Under the pieces are notes generated by a model, which did no database searches, had not been told where the DNA came from, and saw nothing but the letters and a program-made list of their open reading frames with translations. Below, piece after piece: positions 1-17,830 of a stretch of DNA of 64,000 nt (positions are counted from its first letter, which is position 1; each line of letters starts with the position of its first letter). Origin of the DNA: the human T2T-CHM13v2.0 reference genome, Homo sapiens; the NCBI RefSeq assembly GCF_009914755.1, contig NC_060940.1. The stretch is one strand, 5' to 3'. The position numbers were made by a program, and so were the translations under genes.

Positions 1-156
1 GTAATAGGCATCATCGTCCTAGTCATTCTCACAGTATTTATTAGTATTGGTAGCAATAATAGTAGTAGTAATAGAAGGTATCTTTGGCTAAGAGTTCATG
101 ATCTCTTAAGTGACATAGAAACAAAGAAGACGAATGTCCATTAAGAAATAGTTGCA

Positions 157-470
157 GGCCAAGTGTGGCAGCTCATGCCTGTAATCCCACCACTTTTGGA
201 GGCCGAGGCAGGCAGATCACTTGAGACCAGGAGTTTGAGACCAGCCTGGCCAACATGGCAAAACCCCGTCTCTAGTAAATACACAAAAATTAGCTAGGCA
301 TGGTGGCATGCACCTGTAATTCCAGCTACTCGGGAGGCTGAGGCTGAAGAATCACTTGAACCCAGGAGGCAGAGGTTGCAGTGAGTGGAGACTGTGCCAC
401 TGCACTCCAGCACCTGGGTGACAGAGTGAGACTCCGTTTCAAAAAAAAAAAAGAAAAAAGAAAAAAAAGA
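157..470 (+). mobile_element. Alu SINE (AluS-like), full length
   Basis: GGCCAAGTGTGGCAGCTCATGCCTGTAATCCC start, two arms with A-rich linker, A-tail 441-470. Confidence 0.97.
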
Positions 471-1152
471 GAGAGAGAAACATTTGCAAAGGCCAAACAG
501 AGTTAACAGTTTCTCTAGCTTTGATGGGTATAAAGTTACCTTTGAGGACACCTGATTATAACAGATTTCAGTAGTAGAAAAACATATATTTTACTTCAAT
601 AATCAGAAGATACTAATGAACAAAGGAAGTCCCACACAATCACTGGCTTCTATTCCACGGCAGTTAGAACCAGTGGCAGTGAAAGACAATGGTACATTGC
701 ACGTCAGCTCCAGACACCTAGACGTCTTCTCTGTACTGCTGATGGGAGTAGCAACCATACAATCATAACCAAGGTAGGTAAAAATCATTGCTTCAAACTC
801 CATTTTTTCCTTTAGTTTCCTCTCGACTAATTTCTGAAAGCAAGTGGGGCCAAATAAACTTTCTGTATAGAGAAGAAAATGCAAAATGAATTTCAATTTC
901 CTGAGTGCCTACGAAACATCTTACCCCATGCTGCGTTTGGTAACCTCATTTGATCATTGCTTATGACTGCGGAAGGAATAAGGGAACCAGGGCCCAAAGA
1001 AGTCAAGCAAGACAGACACCATGAGAAACGGGAAACAAGCCTGTCTGAGTTCATATCTTAATGTCTTTCTCACTAATCTATGCTGCTTTCTGAAACTATA
1101 CTTCGGAAAGCCGTTTGCCATTAAAAATAAGGACATGTCTATTAAGTCACAT

Positions 1153-1511
1153 TGTCTTAGTCAGCTTGGACTACTATAACACCATAGACCAGGTGGCCTA
1201 TAAGTGACAGAAACTTATTTTATACAATCCTGGAGGCTGAAAGCCCAAGATCAGAGTGCCAGCATTGGACAGGCTCTAGCGAAGGCCCTTTCCTGGGCTG
1301 CAGACCACTGACTTCTTGCTGTGTCCTCCCATGGTAGAAGCTGCAAACAAGCTCCCTTGAGCCTATTTTATAAGAAAGTTAATCTCATTCACAATAGTTC
1401 TGCCCTCATGACCTAATTATCTCCCAAAAGGCCCCACCTTCTATTACTATCACATTAGTGATTAGATTGCAACATATGAATTTTGAGGGCATGCAAATAT
1501 TCAGACCAGCA
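1153..1511 (-). mobile_element. MaLR solo LTR (MLT1A/MLT1A0-like)
   Basis: Starts TGTCTTAGTC (reverse complement of GACTAAGACA end), contains GGCCCCACCT and CAACATATGAATTTT, ends TTCAGACCAGCA; about 360 bp. Confidence 0.88.
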
Positions 1512-1548
1512 TACACATGTAACTTCGAATTTAAATTGCAATCAGCAT

Positions 1549-2320
1549 TGTAGCTATGAGTGCCCAGTCATATATTCTCATCGCTAAAGTGCTCACTGGG
1601 TTCTGCCTTAGGATTTTTTTTGTTTTGTTTTTTTGTTTGTTTGTTTTGAGATGGGGTCCAGATCTGTCCCCCAGGCTGTAGTGCAGTGGCACGATCTTGG
1701 CTCACTGCAACCTTCGCCTTCCTGGGTTCAAGCAATTCTCCTGCCTCAGCCTCCTGAGTAGCTGTGATTACAGGTGTGCGCCACCGTGCCTGGCTAATTT
1801 TTGTATTTTTAGTAGAGAAGAGGTTTCACAATGTTGGCCAGGCTGGTCTTGAGCTCCTGATCTCCACTGATCCACCTGCCTCGGCCTCTCAAAGTGTTGG
1901 GATTACAGGCGTGAGCCACTGTGCCTGGTCTGCCTCAGGACCTCCTTCAGCTGCTGAAGCCCAATTTACCTGCCCATCTGTAAGTGCAGGAAGTCAGAAG
2001 TACAAGGAAACAAATCCCACTGGGAACATCCCCCAGCCAATGACTGAGGAGAGTTAGTGAATAAATACCCTGACTTCCTCATTCACGGGAGAGACACATG
2101 GAGGTGTTTGTTGTACATTGGCCGTCAGAGTTCCCAAGCAAGACTAACATCCAGTGGTCACAGGAGTTACTGCCTTGGAAACGTGTCTGTTATTAACTGC
2201 CTTCCTTTTTCTATCTCACCTGCCCACACTTCTACTGGTATTTCTTTCCTCTCCCTAGTAAATTTCTTCTACTTAAATTCTTGCTCAGTGTCTGCTTCGA
2301 GGGGAGCCCAAACTAAAGCA
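1549..2320 (+). mobile_element. ERVL solo LTR (LTR16-family), interrupted by an Alu
   Basis: TGTAGC start, CAGCCAATGACTGA core, 3' end CTCAGTGTCTGCTTCGAGGGGAGCCCAAACTAAAGCA resembles the LTR16 terminus. Confidence 0.65.
1614..1930 (-). mobile_element. Alu SINE (AluS-like)
   Basis: T-rich tail then antisense Alu; TSD TGCCTTAGGA / TGCCTCAGGA. Confidence 0.97.
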
Positions 2321-2600
2321 AGTATCAGAGCAGCTTTGGTCTATGTGTGAACTGTGTTCTTAAATTCCATCCTACAACTGTAGGATCCCACCCATTTTTC
2401 TAAACCCTTCTGTATTTTTTTTATTAGCCAGAATCATGCCCAAGAAATTGCTGCTTAAACTTAAATATAACACATTATTGTCACAATTTCATTATTTTGA
2501 GAGAACACTGTAGACTCTATTTGGGTTTTTGCAGCTTCTAAAATTTCTATCAATTTTTCCATTGTTTCAAGTACAGGATTAATTATTACCAGCTTTCTAA

Positions 2601-4085
<1,485 letters not shown>

Positions 4086-5186
4086 GAAAAAAATACGATC
4101 CAAAACATTTCATATGTAGCACAAATCTGAGTTAAGGGAAAAAAAAGATCTCAGCCTTCCAACTATGTATCAGAGTGAAAACCAGCCGTAAGAGCAAGAC
4201 AGAGGGGAAGATGAATGGGGCTGGTGGTGGTGTGGACAGGAGAGCACATTCACTCAAATTTTTGGATGGGTGGGGGAGGTGTATTCATAGCCCTTCGGGT
4301 GCAGGTAGGGTCTTTATGGACAATGGTCTTTGAGGAGAATGTTCTTAACAAAACTGAGAAATAAAAGGATGGAAAGAGAACATATATTGTGTTTTTACTT
4401 TTTAGGGATTAAAGGATCTTCCAGGTACTTTATGTATCCTATTATAGGAATTATGTATGTACTCTATTATAGCAATATTCTATTATAGCAATATTACTAT
4501 TATACATAAGGCTTCTATAAGGACCATGATCACCATTTACATGGGCTAGAATAGCCTGAGAGAATATAATGTAGTTAATAAGACATTTAACAAGTGGCAA
4601 AGCTGGAGTTCAAAACCCAAATGTAATAGATTCTAAAGCCCATTAACATCAACAATAAACTACTGCCCCAGCAAAACTGCATGGAAATTACGTCACATCA
4701 CAGTTTGTGAAGAACTTCCATTAAGGCTGAGAAAGAGAAAGAGAGGTGTTGACAGCAAGGGACTGGTCTGCGTCTATTAGCCAAAGCTTGGCATTGGTAA
4801 GAAGTGCCCAGTATGCATAGCTAGGTTGTGATACTTTCCTGTAAAATGATTTCACAGAACACTAACATTAAGAAAGACCATGATGAGAAAATAACCATGA
4901 AAGAGCAAGACGAAGATAAGACCAGTCTACACTCATGCCTGAGAAAGATAAAAGTATATTCTCCAATAATAATAATAATTAATTTAAAAGACCAAACAAC
5001 ATCCTTTCCTGGCTAATACAAGTAATTACTAATGCTACCCTTTGTTCTACTTGCCTTCTAGATAGGAATTAATAAAATAACCAGTCATTCCAAGATGGCC
5101 AAGTAGGAATAGCTTTGGTCTGCAGCTCCTAGCGTGATTGACACAGAAGATGGGTGATTTCTGCATTTCCCACTGAGGTACCCGGT

Positions 5187-5519
5187 TCATCTCATCAGGA
5201 CTGGTTGGACAGTGGGTGCAGCCCATGAAGGGCGAGCCAAAGCAGGGTGGGGCGTCACCTCAGTCAGGAAACACAAGTGGTCAGGGGATTTCCCTTTCCT
5301 ACCCAAGGGAAGTCCTGACAGACTGCACCTGGAAAAACGGGACACTTCCACCCCAATACCGCACTTTTCCCAAGGTCTTAGCAACCAGCAGAGTAGGAGA
5401 TCTTCCCCTGTACCTGGCTCGGCAGGTCCCATGCCCATGGAGCCTTGCTTACTGCTAGTGCAGCAGTCTGAGATGGACCTGCATGGCTGCAGCTGGTGGA
5501 GGGGAAGGGCGCCTGCTAT
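5187..5519 (-). pseudogene. L1 ORF0 remnant (antisense 5'UTR ORF), start codon ATG>ATA
   Basis: IAGALPLHQLQPCRSISDCCTSSKQGSMGMGPAEPG...RFSRC aligns by eye with primate L1 ORF0 (MAGAPPPASLPPCSLISDCC...RFSRC). Confidence 0.75.
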
Positions 5520-6107
5520 TGCTGAGGCTTGAGTAGGTAAACAAAGCGGCCGGGAAGCTTGAACTGGGCAGAGTCCACCACAGCTCAGCAAGGCCTACTG
5601 CCTCTATAGACTCCACCTCTGTGAGCAGGGCATAACTGAACAAAAGGCAGCAGAAACTTCTGCAGACTTAAATGGCCCTGTCTGACAGCTCTGAAGAGAG
5701 CAGTGGTTCTCCCAGCACGGCATTTGAGCTCTGAGAATGGAGAGACTGCCTCCTCAAGTGGCCCTTGTAGCCTAACTGGGAGACACCTCCCAGTAGGGGC
5801 CGAGAGACACCTCATACAGCCAGGTACCCCTCTGGGACAAAGCTTCCAGAGGAAGGATCAGGCAGCAATATTGCCTGTTTTGCAATATTTGCTCTTCTGC
5901 AGCCTCCGCTGGTGATACCCAAAAAACAGGGTCTGGAGTGGACCTCCAGAAAACTCCAACAGACCTGCAGCTGAGGGACCTGACTGTTACAAGGAAAACT
6001 AACAAACAGAAAGGAATAGCATCAACATCAACAAAAAGGACATCCACACCAAAATCTCATTTGTAGGTCACCAACATCAAAGACCAAAGGTAGATAAAAC
6101 CATAAAG

Positions 6108-7131
6108 ATGGGGAGAAACTAGAGCAGAAAAGCTGAAAATTCTAAAAACCAGAGCACCTCTTCTCTTCCAAAGGATAGCAGCTCCTTGCCAGCAATGGAA
6201 CAAAGCTGGATGGTGAATGACTTTGATGAGTTGACAGAAGTAGGCTTCCGAAGGTCGGTAATAAGAAACTTCTCTGAGCTAAAGGACATGTTCTAACCCA
6301 TCACAAGGAAGCTAAAAACCTTGAAAAAAGATTAGACGAATGGCTAACTAGAATAAACAGTGTAAAGAAGTCCTTAAATGACCTGATGGAGCTGAAAACC
6401 ATGGCACGAGAACTTCGTGATGCATGCACAAGCTTCAATAGCCAATTCAATCAAGTGGAAGAAAGGGTATCAGTGACTGAAGATCAAATTAATGAAATAA
6501 AGCAAGACAACAAGTTTAGAGAAAAAAGAGTAAACAGAAATGAACAAAGCCTCCAAGAAATATGGGACTATGTGAAAAGACCAAATCTACGTTTAATTGG
6601 TGTACCTGAAAGTGACAGAGAGAATGGAACCCAGTTGGAAAACACTCTGCAGGATATTATCCAGGAGAACTTCCCTAACCTAGTAAGGCAGGCCAACATT
6701 GGAATTCAGGAAACATAGAGAACACCACAAAGATACTACTCGAGAAGAACTACCCCGAGACACATAATTGTCAGATTCACCAAGGTTGAAATGAAGGAAA
6801 AAATGTTAAGGGCAGCCAGAGAGAAAGGTCAGGTTACCCACAAAGGGAAGCCCATCAGACTAACAGCAGATCTCTCAGCAGAAACATTGCAAGCCAGAAG
6901 ACAGTGGGGGCCAATATTCAACATCCTTAAAGCAAAGAATTTTCTACCCAGAATTTCATATCCAGCCAAACTAGCTTCATAACTGAAGGAGAAATAAAAT
7001 CCTTTACAGACAAGCAAATGCTGAGAAATTTTGTCACCACCAGGCCTGCCTTACAAGAGATCCTGAAGGAAGCACTAAACATGGAAAGGAACAACTGGAA
7101 CCAGCCACTGCAAAAACATGCCAAATTGTAA
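6108..7131 (+). pseudogene. L1 ORF1p (RNA-binding protein), disrupted
   Basis: ATG at 6108 followed by TAG at codon 5; fragments MELKTMARELRD...EIWDYVKRPNLRLIGVPE and MKEKMLRAAREKG; ends GCCAAATTGTAA. Confidence 0.95.
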
Positions 7132-7194
7132 AGACTACCAATGCTAGGAAGAAACTACATCAATTAATGGGCAAAATAACCAGCTAACATCATA

Positions 7195-11011
<3,817 letters not shown>

Positions 11012-11679
11012 ACAAACCTGCACGTTGTGCACATGTACCCTAGAACTTAAATTTTTTAAAAAAGGAAAAAAATCACTGAATAAAACCTTACTATGGATGA
11101 AAAAATTAAAAAATAAAATAAAATAAAAACCAATCGTAGAATTACCTTCCATCCTGAGAGCATCAAATCCAGGGTAAAGACCACTTCCTTGAAGCCTCCC
11201 CCAAATCACCTAATACAAGTCTGTAAGTCTTTTCAAGCAACTTCTGAGAAAACCCACAGTTTTGTATGAAGTGCATTCACCGTCATCACAACAACTTAGT
11301 AAACCCAACTTTGTCAATACAGCTATGTTTCCAACAGACTTTGGCTGAAAGACATTGAGAGTATATTGATTAATTCAACCAACATTTTCTGAGTCAAACA
11401 AAGTGAATTATGTATCTTCGTTTCCCCTACAGAAATGGACATAAATCCTGTATCTGTAATAGGTGAACAGTGACATATGTTCTAAACTCAAAAGCAATTT
11501 TTAAATGTACAAAGAAAATATTAATAGATTTAATAACATCTATATTCAAAACTCTTCTTGCTGAGTTTACAACAAAATCATAGTAAACATTGTTCCTAAA
11601 TGTTTCCACAAAAAAAGAGAATGGGAGAGGAGTCCTCGGGAAAACATATGGAAACAAAGAAAAGAGAGGATAGAACAGT

Positions 11680-12195
11680 AATTATTGAGGTTTCCCCTGA
11701 CAGTAAGGTTTGGGACAAGGACTTGAGGCAGTTGAAGTCTCAGGGAGCAGAAGTGAGCACCCAGGAAAAGTTGGGGGAAGAAGAAAGCCCATGTTAACAG
11801 TGTCATGAAAGTCATCAAGGTCGCCACTAAGGACACTTGAAACTCGATCTTACCCAGATCTTTTTTAGAATGGCATAGAATATATTGCCTACTCAAGGAT
11901 TGGCCAAGAGAAGTATCATTCCATTTACTCTCATCCCCCATTTGGTTGAGTCTGTCTGTGGTGACATTAATACTCATGAATTCAAAACCTTCTTGCCCTT
12001 AATCAGTAGCACCTGTTGCATCTGCAAACAATGAGAAACTCTGGGAAAAAAAAAAAATGCAAGTCCCATTACTCATGCTAAAGATGAGTCACCGTCAGTG
12101 TGAACTGAGTCCAAAACTACACAAACTGTCCACAGCCAACATCACTGATGAGGCTGAATGGGTCTGAGTCTAGGGACCAGGGACATCTGCTGTGC
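11680..12195 (-). mobile_element. ERVL solo LTR (LTR16-family), highly diverged
   Basis: GGTTTCCCC...GACAAGGACTTGAG start, CATTTGGTTGAG core, ends GACATCTGCTG. Confidence 0.5.
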
Positions 12196-12703
12196 AGGGT
12201 GAAAGAAGCTATAGCTCAGATATGTGAATGGGGCACCTGCCTAAGAGGAAAGCTTTAGCCTAACAGAACCTTGTACAGTCTTGAGACCTATAAATACCAG
12301 GTATCATTAAGAGCTGGAGGAATAAATAGGTTGAAAATGGAGGGATGGGTGATGGAAAAAGACCTTAATTAAAATTCTATGTACAGATGTCATCCTTCCT
12401 TACAGAAAACCTTATTTTTCTTCACTTTATAGTATCTAGCACTCCCCAGTGTGATGGCTACTCACTGATTGATCACTTCACCCTGATACCCAGAACTTTA
12501 AATTGATATTAAATTTCAATCATTAGATAGTTGAGAAAAGGGTTCCATATTCTCAAAAACTAGAGAAGATAAATAAAATAAAAAAAGAAATGACCCTGGG
12601 GAAAACAGATAATGCAGAGAACAAAAGAGAATTTTAAAAGCAAATTCTTGTTAACGTTTCTGTGAGATTTGAAACTTAGAATATTAATAAAACATGCACA
12701 AAA

Positions 12704-12972
12704 TTTGTTTAAGTTCCTAATATATGCTAGATATTAGACCTTTGTCAGAAGCAGTTTGCAAAAATGTTCTCCCATTCTGTATGTTGTCCATTTAATCTAT
12801 TGGTAGTTTCTCTTGCTGTGCAGGTGCTCTTTATTTTAATTCGACCCCATTTGTCAATTTTTGCTTTTGTTTTAATTGCTTTTGTTGTCTTTGTCATGAA
12901 ATTTTTGTATGTAACAGACCTGCACTTGTATCCCTGAATTTAAAAGTCAAAAGATAAGAATAAACATCGGTT
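12704..12972. mobile_element. Short 5'-inverted old L1PA insertion (antisense ORF2 piece 12704-12906 plus sense 3' terminus from 12907)
   Basis: Antisense L1 ORF2 segment followed by TGTAACAGACCTGCACTTGTATCCCTGAATTTAAAAG; TSD AAAACATGCACAAAA / AAAAATGCACAAAA. Confidence 0.85.
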
Positions 12973-14249
12973 AAAAATGCACAAAAAAAAAAAACAACAG
13001 AGAACAAAAAATGCCTTGAGAAATTAAAAAGTATGTCTGTCCATCCCCATCCCCAGAAGAGTCTACAGTAAGGTTAAGGAAGTCTTCAAGAAAATAAACT
13101 GAAAAGACAAACAGGCACAAGGAAGGGAGATATATCTATTTCCTCAGACAAGTGACAGTATCAACACAGAAGTTACGATATCTAACTTAGAGCATTTTCA
13201 AAAAGGTGACAAAGAGAGTATCTATTTCTAAATTTCACCAAGATGCTCTTTGGCATAGGTATTTTAAAATTCATTATGAAGGATCATTGGTCGATTTTCC
13301 TACCTGAAAACATGGTGAAATTAATGAATACAGCTATAGGTAAACTAGAAAATGTACTCATCAAAATTGATAACAAGAGCCTCAAAATCTCAAATTTTTT
13401 AGAAAATGAAAAATTGAAATGAGATTTTCTTTTTTACTTATCAAATAAACTAAGCTTTTAAAAGTTGAAATGGTCAGTTTGGGCAAAAGAAGACTGGAAT
13501 AGATACGGTTATTCTCTTTTCATAAGAGTGCAAACTGATAGAAATTATCCAGAAAAAAAAATTTATAACGTGCATAAAATCCTTCAAAAAAAACTCATGT
13601 CCCTTGCTTTCCTCTAAATCTATCTATCCTAAGAAAGTTAAACTTAAATCTTTTTGTAACAAAAATATTTACACAGACAAAGAAAGGGGAAAAAACTCAG
13701 ACAGAGATATATGTAGAAAAATGTTTATTATTTTGGCATAAACATGGGAAACAATCTAGACATCTAACAAGTAGAGCAATTGTTTAAACATTATGGTTCA
13801 TCAGGTAGGCCATCCAAGAGGATATTTTAACAGACTATTTCATGAAATGGCAAACGGCTATTGATAAAAAGTTGGATGAAAAAATCAGGATTCAAACCAG
13901 CATACACAATAGGATACTGATTAAAATTGTATGATACACATGGAGAGAGAGAGAGAGTGTTGTGGGGGAGAGAGAGAGAGAAATTCTAGGGATTGGGAGA
14001 ACACTTCACTCCCAACTGTTAGCAGTGAATGTTTCTGACTGGTTGGACTATGGTTAATTTTTGTTCTCTCTTTGAATTCTTTTTTTCCCCAAACACTTAA
14101 ATGAGTTTTGGGGGGGGGAAAAACGTATCATTTCTAAAATAAGAATAAATAAATGTTTTATAATTTTGTTTTATGTTTAATCATTTAATTCTAATAAATT
14201 TTATTTGGGAGATTTGAGAGTTTAATAAATGACCAACTAATGAAATTCA

Positions 14250-14610
<361 letters not shown>

Positions 14611-15051
14611 AAAGAGTAGAGAAATAAAGGACGTGGCAGTGGCGGTGGGTGTATGTTTTTGGGGAGGTGAGGGAATGAGGAAGGCAGGGAAACAGAGTTC
14701 TCTGCTTCCTTTGCAAGCCTGATGAATAGAAAGGTATCAACAGGGTAACAACTCAATGAAGTTATTGCTATGAGCTGCCTTGGTTTCCTCCCCCAGACAC
14801 ACGGAGCTAAATGGGACTTCAGTGGGAGTCTGCAAGTTCTAATTGCTCTCCTGGCAGAAGCTCTCAGATCTGGCTCAAACACATCAAGAAGGACAATTTC
14901 CTAGAAATGGAACAGTCAGGTCTCAATTTCATGCAAGTTTATTCTTTTCAATAAGGCAGTTAAATCACATTTTACATCTGGTACTAAATTAATGGGTTGT
15001 ATGTTGTTACGGACTTTTCATAGAACCATCTTCACAAGGATTACATATGCA

Positions 15052-15240
15052 TAGAGGTTAAAATCATAGACTTAGGAGTCAGTTCCAGTTTGAGCTGTGT
15101 TTCCTCAGGCAAGTTATTTCACCTCTCACATCTGTTTCCTCATCTGTAAAATGGAGACAATCAAAGAGCTTACTTCTTTGGCTTTCTTATGAAGATGACA
15201 TGAGTTAAAATGCATCAGGTATTTAGAACAGTGCCTGAAA
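15052..15240 (+). mobile_element. MIR SINE
   Basis: GGCAAGTTATTTCACCTCTC...GTTTCCTCATCTGTAAAATGGAG core, TAGAACAGTGCCTG. Confidence 0.8.
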
Positions 15241-16289
15241 AAGAGAATATGCTACATTTTGCAATGTCTGTTCTATTAAATAAAAATAAGTTGGAAACAT
15301 TTCTTGGTCAGACCATATCTGACCGTATCATGTTTGCATCAGGAGACATGATTTCTTCTCTGTTGTCTGTGGTCACTGTCATAAAACAAACAGGTTTGTT
15401 TGTTCATTCAAATGTGAATAAAAAGAAAAAACAAGCAATGGTCAGTATCTCTTTTGACTGCCCCAAGTCCCAAGAAAGGGGAGACAATGTGGTGTTTGTA
15501 GGAGCTCACCTAATAGAGTACATGAGGCTGCTACAAACAGGAAGCAGAGGGAGAGGGAAAGCTTGGAGAAGTAGTTGCTGACCTTGGGAGAGACAGGGTG
15601 CCCCAAACTTGGAAGGGGACAAAGGTTGGGAGGGCAGCGAGTCATGGAAAAAGAGCCTGCTTCTTGGAAGCATCTAGAGTCATTGATGGGACTTCAAATA
15701 GTATTGATGCAGTGAGGAAGAAATACATCATCCCTGGCCTTCAGGGCTGAGGTTCAGGCTGCAGGTGTGAAGAGGTGGGTGGAGAAACCTGTAAAGATGC
15801 CTCGTCATAATAAGGAGGTGGAGCAGAAGGAGACAGCCATTTATGGAGCATCTCCTTTGTCCTGGGTGCTCTCCCAACTTACAAAGTAGGATCATCTTTC
15901 CCATTTCAAAGATGAGCAAATTAAGATAACTTCCCAAGGGTCATGTAGACCTGGATTCAAATTGCAAGTATTCAAATCCTTGATTTTCTATCTGTCCAGA
16001 CTCTGCACCTCTCCTGGCCACCCATTATCAGTAAATCTTGAAGCTGCAGGATAGTAAGTCAGTCAAGATGAGGCAAGGTTTGACCTGCCTACCTGGTCAT
16101 TTGCAATCCTCCTGTGATTTAGCCAAAATCTCTACTTGGTCCTCCTGGGGGAGTATACAGAGGAATATACCATAGATTTCAGAATTTGCATGCTATTAGG
16201 GATCAAGGAAAGGAAAGGAAGGGTGAGAACAGGCTGGATAAAATCCTAATACATCAGCCTTCATCTCTGTAGAGGTCCTGTTGATTGCT

Positions 16290-16500
16290 GCAAAGAGTAC
16301 AGGCTTTGGCATCAGAGAGCGTGCGGTTGAATCCCAGCTGGGATTATAAATTGTGTAATATAGGGTCAGTGAATCTCTCTATCTGAGCCTTATTCACTTT
16401 CTCTATAGTATAAATTACTATCATTTCCATTTCACATAATACCCTGTGCGGGATGAATAAGACAACAGAGTGAGAGGCTTAGCTTGGTGCTTAACTAATA
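16290..16500 (+). mobile_element. MIR SINE
   Basis: AAGAGTACAGGCTTTGGCATCAGA...GAATCCCAGCT...TCTGAGCCT. Confidence 0.6.
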
Positions 16501-17189
16501 TTAAGGCCCTCCAGCTCTTCCCCAAATGTATATCCATCCAGGTTTTCTTCTCCCCACCAAGACCAGGAACCTGATCTTAAAGTGTGTGCCTCATGCCCCT
16601 GAGAACTACACTGTGCTCAACATCCACACAGACATGTCTAAACCAGGTGGGCTCTTTAAAAACCTCCCTAACCCCTCACTGAAATTCCCAGTAATTATTT
16701 TAAATGACACAAAGAGAAGAACAAGAGGACATGAAGACAAAGACTGTTAGTTTTTCTAATAGCTGAAAAAGAAAACAAAATGAAGAAAAATAGTCCCCAC
16801 GAAATTCGTATGGTAAAAAATACAAACCATGTTGTCTTTAACTGGGTTCATATAGTAAGTTCAGACTGTACTCGGGACATATATACCTTGTAATTGTTCA
16901 ATAGCTTCAGCCTGGACAGACAGTGTTAATCAGTTTCTGCTGCTTGCTCTCAGCTGTGGCTTTGGCGAGTGAGAAAAGATAAATTCCCAGAGTTGAAAAC
17001 TGAAAAGCAACACTGTGCAATCATGAGAATTAAGGGAAAAAAGACAGTCTTGGTTTGAGTTATTGTATATTCCTGGGGAAGCTGTGCAAGGACTTTCCAG
17101 CTGTGAGCTGCTAGGAGAGTCTGGGCCAAAATGCTCACAGGGGAGCTACATGGACTGCTGCAGTAGAAGGAACAGAGGCAATGGATAGA

Positions 17190-17423
17190 CAAATGGTTCT
17201 CAGCCAGGGTCAATTCTGTTCCCTGGGAACACTCGACAATGTCTGGAGACGGTATTGATTGTCACGGGGGTTGGGGGATGTACTGCCGGCATCTAATGGG
17301 CAGAGGCCAAGGATGTTGCTAAATATACTGTAATGCACAGGACAGCCTCCACCCCTGCAAACCCCTCCAAGAAAGAATTTATCCAGCCCCAAATACCCAT
17401 AGTGCTGGACTTGAGAAACCTTG
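17190..17423 (+). mobile_element. MER20 hAT DNA transposon
   Basis: TGGTTCTCAGCCAGGG...CAATGTCTGGAGAC...GAGGCCAAGGATGTTGCTAAA...AATGCACAGGACAGCC...TTGAGAAACCTTG. Confidence 0.9.
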
Positions 17424-17604
17424 AGCAAAACATACAGACAAATGCAAGCTCATTACTGTGGGCAAGAGACAAGCTTTGACATTCAGACTTAGCATTTAAA
17501 ACCAAATCTTGTTTCTTATAATGGCACTTCCCTCCTCAAAGCCACATATGAATTTGTAGCCTCCAGTCTATGTTTCTTTCTTTTCTGTCCATGAGAGTGG
17601 AAAC

Positions 17605-17830
17605 ACATTATTTGTCAAGTCCTTAACATGCCACATACTTTTCTAAGTGCTTTACAACATTGTCTACTAACTCTAATTCTCATAACTCTGTGCAGGATTT
17701 ATGATGATCATACCCATTTTACACACCAGGAAACTGAAGCTCAGAGGGATTATGTAAATTGTCTAACTATGTAGTAGCAAAACCAGGATTTAAATGCAGC
17801 CCTGTCTGATTCCAAAGTATCAACTCCTAA
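17605..17830 (-). mobile_element. MIR SINE
   Basis: CCCATTTTACAC...GGAAACTGAAGCTCAGAG, CCAGGATTTAAATGCAG, TCTGATTCCAAAG. Confidence 0.75.

Noticed and set aside
4459-4500. 17-bp tandem duplication (also small ones at ~50690-50735 and ~57098-57145)
   Set aside because: Ordinary slippage duplications with no sign of function
5772-6047. Antisense ORF in the L1 5'UTR as ORF0
   Set aside because: ORF0-like sequence lies in the 5187-5519 frame; this one is a different incidental frame
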